Assembly (NCBI GenBank): GCA_045656225.1
Contig: JAZOQU010000019.1
Location: forward strand, 13,320 to 77,319
Origin: Kiritimatiellia bacterium
GTDB lineage: Bacteria; Verrucomicrobiota; Kiritimatiellia; RFP12; UBA1067
Direction: 5' to 3'
DNA: 64,000 nt
The translations under genes were made by a program, and so were the position numbers. The notes under the pieces are model-generated. The model was given only the letters and a program-made list of their open reading frames with translations. It did no database searches and had not been told where the DNA came from. Below, one piece after another: positions 39,237 through 47,138 of the stretch (positions within the stretch are counted from its first letter, which is position 1; each line of letters starts with the position of its first letter).

Positions 39237-39827
39237 TTATTTTCCTGTAAACACACCTAGATCTGGCCTATCCAACTCTTTATAAAAAATATCTAATATT
39301 CTTAACAAATGATTTGACTCACGCTTAATAGCCTCCTTAGATGCCTGCAAAATCTCATAAAGTTCATTAATTTCAGATGGCATCAATTTACTATTAAGAC
39401 CTCTCAATATTACACTGGCATTTATTCTCTGGCATGTCGTGACAAAATTTAACAAAGTATTTGCGTCCGAAATTTCACTAGGCCCTCTTGCTGGTATCGC
39501 ACTATGTATATACGGCATCACAGCCAGTACTTCCGTGTCCGTGTCAGAAGCCGTCGCATATTTTTGAATCATATTAAATGTCAGGACTACATTAAGCCGC
39601 ACTTTTTCCTCAGACGGATCATCTGTCACAATTTTAACCAATGTATCACATAAATTATTCCTATAGGTCAATGCTTTAATAGCCCCGATTATTGCATCGT
39701 GTGCTTTAATATACATAAGATGTCGTATATTAGCTTCTGATGCAAATCTCTGCGCTTTTATTGATGCGCATCGATTTATTACAGCACCTACTATTACCCC
39801 AACCAATCCAATAATAGCTTCACTCAT
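39237..39827 (-). CDS. Hypothetical protein, N-terminal TM plus helical body
   Basis: IIGLVGVIVGAVI hydrophobic segment. Confidence 0.6.
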   Translation of the reverse strand: MSEAIIGLVGVIVGAVINRCASIKAQRFASEANIRHLMYIKAHDAIIGAIKALTYRNNLCDTLVKIVTDDPSEEKVRLNVVLTFNMIQKYATASDTDTEVLAVMPYIHSAIPARGPSEISDANTLLNFVTTCQRINASVILRGLNSKLMPSEINELYEILQASKEAIKRESNHLLRILDIFYKELDRPDLGVFTGK

Positions 39828-39928
39828 AAAAATCTTCTTGTTAATTTATTTTTCTGACACATCATTAAACTCTAACTCGAACCTTTCCGCTATCAGCGGT
39901 TCACTACTCTGCGAACTCACAAAAAAAA

Positions 39929-40138
39929 CTATCGTTCTTTTGACTTCAGTTCCGCTATAACATTCTCTAGCACATACCCATCACTCATCAACTGAAGACC
40001 ATACTTTGCATCTGACAATTGCTTGTATGTTTCTGTTGAATAGAAGATATCCAACGCCTTCTCTTCATCAACTTCAAGCGCTGAAGCAAGGGCCATAATG
40101 ATTCTCGCCTGCTTTCTCCATAAAACATTGTCACGCAT
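39929..40138 (-). CDS. DUF3791-like small protein
   Basis: MRDNVLWRKQARII...ALDIFYSTETYKQL...GLQLMSDGYV. Confidence 0.7.
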   Translation of the reverse strand: MRDNVLWRKQARIIMALASALEVDEEKALDIFYSTETYKQLSDAKYGLQLMSDGYVLENVIAELKSKER

Positions 40139-40146
40139 GATACACC

Positions 40147-40641
40147 TTATAAAATTTCAGCTCCAATAAACTTAAGACATGTATCAATCACAACTTGAGA
40201 ACGAATGCATATCTGATGATTTACCTTTTTATAAATTAATTGGCCCAACGCCTGCTCTGCTGTTATTATGCCATTTTCATAATCTTCGACGGTATCAATT
40301 ACATTATCATTAGCAACGCCACCTTCTATCACATCGTATTGAAGCTGCAATTCTCCTCCACGCCTACAATCAATCACATAATTTAGCCATTCCATATCAT
40401 ACGCATCAAACACCTTATAACGCGCACCTAACATATTCTTGGCCATCGCTTCATTAAAATCATAAGTGTTCAACACTGGCTTACCATATCGAGTACGACT
40501 TGCAATAACCCTAGCCCAAGATTTAGCTTGATCTGAAAGACTTGAGAGATAGAACCCTCTACCAAAATCCACCCTGGCGCGCCCAGCTTCCACCTTTGGA
40601 TTCGCTACACTAACATCAGACCCGTGAAACAACTGAATCAT
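40147..40641 (-). CDS. DUF3990 family protein
   Basis: LFHGS, DFGRGFY, EWLNYVIDCR, YDVIEGGVAND and HQICI. Confidence 0.85.
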   Translation of the reverse strand: MIQLFHGSDVSVANPKVEAGRARVDFGRGFYLSSLSDQAKSWARVIASRTRYGKPVLNTYDFNEAMAKNMLGARYKVFDAYDMEWLNYVIDCRRGGELQLQYDVIEGGVANDNVIDTVEDYENGIITAEQALGQLIYKKVNHQICIRSQVVIDTCLKFIGAEIL

Positions 40642-40880
40642 ACACCGGCCTCCCAATTTTTCAAAGTTGTTATGGTATCTTCTGCAACCCAATCGAGACT
40701 TTGGGTATGCAAGTCATCATACATTGCGATTAAACGATTGTGAATCAAGTCTTGAGCTTTGAGCCGATCATGCATAACTTGACCCGAAATACCAAGCTTT
40801 CGAGCGCCACTCTCAATCGCCATCACAGCAAAGTGTATGCGCTTATGTACATCAGATTTATTGAACGCATTCATACCCAT
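40638..40880 (-). CDS. DUF3791-like small protein
   Basis: IHFAVMAIESGARKLG...YDDLHTQSLDWV; ATGA overlap with DUF3990. Confidence 0.75.
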   Translation of the reverse strand: MGMNAFNKSDVHKRIHFAVMAIESGARKLGISGQVMHDRLKAQDLIHNRLIAMYDDLHTQSLDWVAEDTITTLKNWEAGV

Positions 40881-41004
40881 AACTCTCCCTTCATCCAATC
40901 TTGTAAATCCCGTTAATCCTGTCAAACCCACTCACCTTAAATCTCCAATTCCACTGTTCACCTTCACCTTTCACCTTCACCTCTAAAAAACTCGAACTAA
41001 AAAA

Positions 41005-41137
41005 GCCACGCTCCGCACTCAAGAGGCACTCACTCGAATACCTCATCATATTTTCTAATGCGTTGTTTTTATTTAGGCTCATTATCCACGCCATTCTTTA
41101 TGTTGAGTATTTTACCTTTTTAATCCCCAAAAGTCAA
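41005..41137 (-). promoter_or_regulatory. Promoter plus leader ORF plus ops-like motif, copy D
   Basis: TTGACT-17-TAAAAT; leader MAWIMSLNKNNALENMMRYSSECLLSAER; GTGCGGAGCGTGG. Confidence 0.72.
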
Positions 41138-41405
41138 CTTGTAACCGCCTTTTCTTTAATTTATATTTAATGATTTACGATAATTTTAACTAAATTTATG
41201 CTATAATTTTACATAACGCTTAACCGCCAATTCATAAGGAGTCGCAATGTCCGATCAAGCCCCCGCCCTAAAAATAATTTTCCAAAAAATCTCTCGAAAA
41301 TTACTTAAACAAATCCTATCCATAAACGAAAAACCTCTCGATTTAGATTGGACGCTCCCCTCCCCCAACTTTGAAGAAGACCTTTTCAACGCCCTCACCC
41401 ACAAT

Positions 41406-41533
41406 TTTGGCACAAACAGGTCTGACCTTCCTGTGCCACTTTGGCACTAATTCCCCATATCCACCCCTTTTCCACCCAAAACCCCAACATATAAAAGTGG
41501 CACAAAAAGGTCAGACCTATTTGTGCCACTTTG
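41406..41533. repeat. REPIN-like doublet of TGGCAC...GGTC(A/T)GACC...GTGCCA palindromes
   Basis: Two ~36-40-bp imperfect palindromes about 50 bp apart; the ~127 bp recurs at 46388-46514. Confidence 0.88.
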
Positions 41534-41537
41534 TCAA

Positions 41538-42560
41538 TCATCCGCGCACCTTCTTCAAAAGCCGATACGCTGTTCGCAACGACACCCCCAACGCATCCTG
41601 AATAGACTTCGCCCTGGCATCAGGATCTCGTTCAAGAATTTCCCGAACGGCCACCTCCAACATATCGTTTCGTGCTGCGCGCCGCCCTTTCATCGCTGTC
41701 GATTCATGCATCTCGACCGCCGCCGAGCGAACCTTCTCAAGATGCGCCGAGGCTTGGGCGATCATCGCCTCGGTCGTTAATGAGTCTACCGGCATTTCAT
41801 AACCGGCCGCGCGCTTGCGGGCGATTTCTTCAGCACGGCGCAACTTCTCCTTTTCAAGCAGCCGCTCAAGTAATGCTTCATGTCGCTCAGTTATCTCATC
41901 CAAAGAATCGTCATCACCATAAATAAAACGCATCCCCTTTTCAGACAACCTATTGCCGCGACGAAACGCAGTGTAGCTGCTCCAAAAATATCCATCGAAT
42001 TTATCAGCTACAGCTGCGCGTATTGGATTTAGATGAATGTAACCAAGACACTCAGCCATCTTTGAAATTGATTGTTCAACAATTCGATCATGATATGCCG
42101 ATTCCCAAAGTGTACCCTTATGACTGTATCGCCGATTGTATTCCATCGAGAACCATTGCTTAAGAATCTTCATAAACTCTCCAACATCGAACATTCGAGC
42201 GTAAAGTTTATCCAACTCCTTTTTAACAAGCTTCTCGCCTGGCTCACCTTTAAGCCGCCACTCCTCGAAACTCTTCGCTAACTGAGCTGCGGCAGTATCA
42301 CCTTTTAAAACACCATAACGACGTAAAATCTCATCCTCTTCCAAAACGCGGCGATTCGGTAAATAAACAAGAATGTGAAAATGATTGGTCATAATGCACC
42401 AACCGATAAGTTCAAGACAACAAAATTCAGCAGATCGCCGCATCATATCAATAAATTCATCGCGCTCCTCATCCTTCAAAAAATAAACGCGATGCGCAAT
42501 GCGACTAACCAAATGATGAACAGTATCAGTTTCTTTAGAACGATTATTAGAATTCGCCAT
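41538..42560 (-). mobile_element. REP-associated tyrosine (HUH/Y1) transposase, RAYT-like, with C-terminal HTH
   Basis: HHLVSR, WCIMTNHFHIL (HUH), GTLWESAY, YIHLNPIRA and YFWSSY; likely start MANSNN after AAGGAGG. Confidence 0.88.
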
Positions 42561-42577
42561 ACCACCCTCCTTCACAT

Positions 42578-42706
42578 TTTGGCACAAATAGGTCTGACCT
42601 TCCCGTGCCACTTTGGCAGTATATTATCATAATCGCGCCAAAACTGCAATAGACACCCACTTATGATTTTGGCACAAACAGGTCAGACCTATTTGTGCCA
42701 CTTTGG
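42578..42706. repeat. REP-like palindrome pair upstream of the RAYT
   Basis: tggcacaaataggtctgaccttcccgtgccactttgg and tggcacaaacaggtcagacctatttgtgccactttgg. Confidence 0.88.
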
Positions 42707-43029
42707 TAAAGATTTTACTACAAACCTATAGTATTCCTTTCTAATTAGTTTTTGAAAGATTATTTAGTTTATAATTTATGTTATACTCCTATTAAAAAAC
42801 ATCAATTCAAGGAGATTAAAATGACAGAACAATCACCCACGATAAGAATTACTTTAGAATCTACATCAAAAAATTTTTGTATCCATTAATGGTCAAAATT
42901 TAGATACTATCCCTACTGATTCAATAAAAATAGCTCAATGTACATCTTGCAATATCATTTTTCAAATCAATACCAACTCGCCCAAGAAAAAACACAACCC
43001 TAAGTTGGCAATCATCCCCGCCTCATTGT

Positions 43030-43202
43030 ATAAGCCAACATCACAATCACCGTCATTCCACCAACCACTCCATATAATCAAAGCTCACTCTTTCCCGCCG
43101 CCGCCAAACCCACCGGCTAACGAACAACCCGCACACAAGCGCATACAGCGACCGCCCGTATGTCGCTATGATGTTCAGGAAGATTCGACGATTAGGAGTC
43201 AT
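43030..43202 (-). pseudogene. Degenerate wzx 5' fragment
   Basis: Minus strand reads MTPNRRIFLNIIATYGRSLYALVCGLFVSRWV, then frameshifted. Confidence 0.85.
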
Positions 43203-43509
43203 TTTAGGGGTTAGGAGTCAGGAGTTAGCTGGTTTCGTCTGAGGATTATTATTTAACAACAAGATGTCAGTTCATAGCCATCTTTCAGAAGTATGTTGCA
43301 AAGGTAACACCTCAAGAATCCAACCCTCCCGTAACTAACGCCTTCTTAAATAATTTTAGCTCCATTTATTACAACTCTCGATTTTTAAGACATAAGTTTA
43401 GATTAACTTTCTAAGCAATAGTCACGCAATCCCCAACTTTGCAACATTGCCAAAACTTTGCGCACAACATGTTTTAAATCATTATTTTAGCGCACAAGAG
43501 TACTTTATG

Positions 43510-45024
43510 TCATTTACTATGGATAACACTATCTAAACTTTCTCGAAATGCTTTGTGCGCCTCTTTAAGAATCGCCGATGCCGAAACTCCTTTAGACCGC
43601 CTAACAAAAGCGTTGAAGTAGAATTTGGGCGCTATTGCATTGGCATTAAATAAATCATAAGTTACACATTCCTTGCACTCTTCATCAAGAAGCACATCAA
43701 TATGTGTTGCTTTCCGCTTTGTGATCTTTATCTCGCCCGCTTTGATAAATATATATTCATTTCCATGATCCTTGCAAAAAGCAATCATCCTCCCATTAAA
43801 CTCTTCCCATACCATCTCTCTGTCTATGCGATTATCATACTCTGCAGCAAAACAACTCAAAAAACGCTTTTCAAAATCGATATGAGACTTCCATAACGGC
43901 ACATACTCGTTATCCCTATAGTAATAAGCACGAAAATATATATCATTAGGAATATACTTCTTCATCAAATGCAAGAAATCGCCATCAGTCGGCAGATAAA
44001 TCACCTCATCGCCAAGCTTTTTCACGTTCTTATTGGACAATAGGCGTTTAGGAGAAAACATGTGCGCTCCCAAACTCAATTCATTACATCTTCCTAATTT
44101 GTTTTTTGCCAAAGCCTTGACAAGAGACTCTATGGCACGCTTCAAAATTACATTTGCAAAATCAATCTTGTGATGCACAATTACCCACTCGTAGATAAAA
44201 TCCCGAGCACTAACCGCATTAACCAAAGCCGACAACGCCTTTTTCCGCATTACAACATGCCCGTTTTTTAAATCAAGCCACAACCCATTGATCAATCTCT
44301 CCGTATCAACGGATGCGTTACATATTCCTGTCGCCCATGTATCACGCTGTAAATAGTCCAGTCTATCCGCATCAACAATAAATCCATTTATCAAAGACAC
44401 AAAACAATTCCATACACGATTTTTCAATGGCTTTGTATTGGCATTCTTCAATCCGATAATCATTCGCGCAAACTGCTCACAATCTATATCTTTCTCATCT
44501 GCGGATTTCAAACTCGAAAACCTAGGAAGCATTTCCCTGCAAGCAACAAACGCGCTAGCCAATTCATGTACGGCATACCGCACCGTCCCCACTCCGATTG
44601 AATTGAAGAAGTCAGCACGAAAATCATCGGATTTAACTTCATCAAGCAACAACTCTCGTATTTCATTGTCGCCACAATAATCAACAACACATTTCTCCCC
44701 AGTATGCGAAAAAGGAGAGTGGGCGCAATCATGCAACAATGCCGCAGCCAGAAAAGTATTCCTCAGTTCATCTATAAATCTACGCTCTCTTACAACTTCA
44801 AGCACTTGTGGTTCAAGCACAGTAAACATTCGTTTGGCAATTGCAAAAACGCCTAAACTATGGGCAAAACGCGTATGACTCGCCGCAGGAAACAATACAT
44901 CCATCGTCGATTGCCCGATAAAGCGCAAGCGCTGGAAAATCGGTGTATCAACAAATGCGCGACAAAATAGAGACGACACCTCTATATTGCCATGAACAGA
45001 ATCTCTAAATGACTTTTCTTTCAT
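43510..45024 (-). CDS. HD-domain phosphohydrolase (dNTP triphosphohydrolase-like)
   Basis: FRDSVHG, FQRLRFIGQ, HTRFAHSLG, LLHDCAHSPFSH and DADRLDYLQRD; TGATG coupling to the upstream ORF. Confidence 0.88.
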   Translation of the reverse strand: MKEKSFRDSVHGNIEVSSLFCRAFVDTPIFQRLRFIGQSTMDVLFPAASHTRFAHSLGVFAIAKRMFTVLEPQVLEVVRERRFIDELRNTFLAAALLHDCAHSPFSHTGEKCVVDYCGDNEIRELLLDEVKSDDFRADFFNSIGVGTVRYAVHELASAFVACREMLPRFSSLKSADEKDIDCEQFARMIIGLKNANTKPLKNRVWNCFVSLINGFIVDADRLDYLQRDTWATGICNASVDTERLINGLWLDLKNGHVVMRKKALSALVNAVSARDFIYEWVIVHHKIDFANVILKRAIESLVKALAKNKLGRCNELSLGAHMFSPKRLLSNKNVKKLGDEVIYLPTDGDFLHLMKKYIPNDIYFRAYYYRDNEYVPLWKSHIDFEKRFLSCFAAEYDNRIDREMVWEEFNGRMIAFCKDHGNEYIFIKAGEIKITKRKATHIDVLLDEECKECVTYDLFNANAIAPKFYFNAFVRRSKGVSASAILKEAHKAFRESLDSVIHSK

Positions 45025-45362
45025 CAACGCATCGCAGTCAATACAGAAACGATCTTGTTGTATTCCTGCGGCGTATAAAGTGCGCCATAACAATCACGAA
45101 GATGTGTATCACTGAAGAAATCTGGGAAACGTTCGCCGTTACCTTTCTCCACACGAAATGTTCCACGTTCGCCAACAATCCGAATCGCACCTTCATAACG
45201 ACGAGCCGCCTTGATTAACGAACTCAATGAGACATCTACGGCGATGCCATCCTTGTACCCTGCAAGCTTGTTCCGCATCTTTTGCAAATCATTTTCGGAA
45301 ACACTACCCCTATCTTTAAGCGCATAGCCCAAAGCCATCTTTGTGTTTACTTTTTTGCACAT
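45024..45362 (-). CDS. Small hypothetical protein coupled to the HD gene
   Basis: 112-aa ORF whose TGA overlaps the HD start ATG. Confidence 0.6.
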   Translation of the reverse strand: MCKKVNTKMALGYALKDRGSVSENDLQKMRNKLAGYKDGIAVDVSLSSLIKAARRYEGAIRIVGERGTFRVEKGNGERFPDFFSDTHLRDCYGALYTPQEYNKIVSVLTAMR

Positions 45363-45559
45363 AGTCTTGAATTTTATCTTTTTAGAAAATAAGCTTGAGT
45401 ATTATATCAAATTTACCGTTCGCATTTCAATGAGGCCATGACTTTCACGCTTATCACGATTTTTCGGAAATTATCCCGACTATATGAAAACCCCTGCATT
45501 ATTCAGGCACCTGATCATATCTCCATAATCAGCATTCATCGGACCCTTCGCCACGTTCC

Positions 45560-45655
45560 GACCACGCTCCGCGCCCCATGGGGTATGCAGCCGAATATTC
45601 CATAGCCAAATTTTTCTGTGTTTTCTCTCTCATAACGCTTACATTATATCATTTT
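45560..45655 (-). promoter_or_regulatory. Leader/ops-like module, copy E
   Basis: TGaTATAAT near 45643-45651; leader MREKTQKNLAMEYSAAYPMGRGAW; TATTCGGCTGCATACCCCATGGGGCGCGGAGCGTGG. Confidence 0.68.
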
Positions 45656-45914
45656 TTGCATTTTTTTGAAAATTCCCTCTTAGCTTGATTAAGTTCGGAG
45701 CTAAAATATCGCTACCAGCCAATACTTTGCAATATAAGCTTTAGAAGAAATTAATATGATATAATATTAAAAGTTAAATTAGACTACTGGCGAAGCGACA
45801 GCAGATAAACACTTTATTTACGTTTTTTGCACAAATAGATCTTTCCGTACCACTATACTAACTAAAAACACGTTAATGTATGCTTCTTATACATATCTAT
45901 CAACAGCCCAAATT

Positions 45915-46115
45915 CTATACTGCCCCAACAGGGAATACTACAACACCATCAACAAGCGGCAAAGCCTTTTCTACCGGACAAATAACAGCGCCATAACCTA
46001 ATTTAAACCCAAGATTTTCTATCTTGCGAAACGCTTTAATATCTGAAGGCATTGGATTAGTACTTCTTTTTACTTCTATTGGATCGAGTATCCCATCATG
46101 TTCTATAAGCCTAAA
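45915..46115 (-). pseudogene. C-terminal remnant of an AAA ATPase/DUF4143-type protein
   Basis: Reads LIEHDGILDPIEVKRSTNP...IKAFRKIE...GYGAVIC...VFPVGAV*, with no in-frame start. Confidence 0.6.
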
Positions 46116-46387
46116 TTTTATACATTACCCCCGAATCAATTTCAACGACAATATTGGACAAATTCAAAATGACATTTTAAATTTGCCAGCCAAAACTCAA
46201 ACTCTTATGCATAATTTTAGAATTAACTTCTTTTTCATTAATATTTTTTGGATATCATTTTACTCTTGCGATTAAAGAACCACCATTCATAAATTCTATA
46301 ACTTATATTTTATGTTATACTCCTATTAAAAAACATCAATTCAAGGAGGTCAAAATGGCTGAACAATCACCCACAATAAGAATTACT

Positions 46388-46514
46388 TTTGGCACAAATA
46401 GGTCTGACCTTCCCGTGCCACTTTGGCACTAATTCCCCATATTCACCCCTTTTCCACCCAAAGCCCAACATATAAAAGTGGCACAAAAAGGTCAGACCTA
46501 TTTGTGCCACTTTG
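46388..46514. repeat. Second copy of the REPIN-like doublet
   Basis: Near-identical to 41406-41533 including the spacer, same orientation. Confidence 0.88.
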
Positions 46515-46603
46515 ATACTGCAAATTAAATACTTTCAGAAGACTCAATTACATTCGGACGCGACGCTGAAAAATCACCAGTTTGTGCAAATCTGAAAGGC
46601 TGT

Positions 46604-46969
46604 TTAATCAAGTTCTTTTTTCGATTTCAGCACTTTACCGGTGGCAGCATCAATGTCATATTCATAATCGTAGAGACCCGACTCGAATTCGACTTCATAA
46701 ACCATGACGCCGTTTTCGCGATCAAGCTCACACTGAAGATCACGCACTTTGGAGCGCTCGAGACCGGCATGCGTAAGAGCCGCATTGATTGCAGCCTCCT
46801 TGCCGATATATTTCTTGGCTACAGTGGACTTACCTTTTTTGCAGCACGATTTGCACTCTGCTTTAGCTTCGGTCTGCTGTGCGTTGCATTGTTTCTGGGG
46901 TATCTTGATGTCGGTCGCGAATACCGCCGCTGACACCGTTAATACGACAAGTATTAGACTTTTCTTCAT
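46604..46969 (-). CDS. Secreted PepSY-domain protein
   Basis: Signal peptide MKKSLILVV...AVFA; IGKEAAINAAL...ELDRENG.MVYEVEF...YDIDAATGKVL. Confidence 0.85.
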   Translation of the reverse strand: MKKSLILVVLTVSAAVFATDIKIPQKQCNAQQTEAKAECKSCCKKGKSTVAKKYIGKEAAINAALTHAGLERSKVRDLQCELDRENGVMVYEVEFESGLYDYEYDIDAATGKVLKSKKELD

Positions 46970-47083
46970 TTTGGTACTCCTTTCTTTTGACCGAATTATA
47001 TCATGATTTTTCCTGCAACACAATAAGAAAATTTAAGGAAAAATTCCTCACGGATATCTCAACCGGTGATCCAGGTGACACAC

Positions 47084-47121
47084 AAAAGGGAAGGCCCGGC
47101 ATATGCCAGGCCTTCCCTTTT
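47084..47121 (-). terminator. Intrinsic terminator downstream of nifJ
   Basis: AAAAGGGAAGGCC..GGCATATGCC..GGCCTTCCCTTTT hairpin. Confidence 0.8.
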
Positions 47122-47138
47122 CCATGGTCGAATCCCGA

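Larger units (their letters stand above)
39167..40982. repeat. 31-bp inverted repeats bracketing a four-gene cargo
   Basis: aggtgaaggtcaaagatgaaggtgaacagtg (39167-39197, +) vs aggtgaaggtgaaaggtgaaggtgaacagtg (40982-40952, -), 29/31 identical. Confidence 0.85.

Noticed and set aside
41406-46514. ~37-bp palindromic repeats considered as a CRISPR array
   Set aside because: They occur as dispersed doublets, one spacer is duplicated, no cas genes are present and a RAYT is adjacent; this fits REP/REPIN.
34040-46514. Classical invertible-promoter (invertase) phase variation
   Set aside because: All five promoter/leader copies are in the same orientation, no inverted repeats closely flank them, and no tyrosine or serine recombinase is seen in the window.
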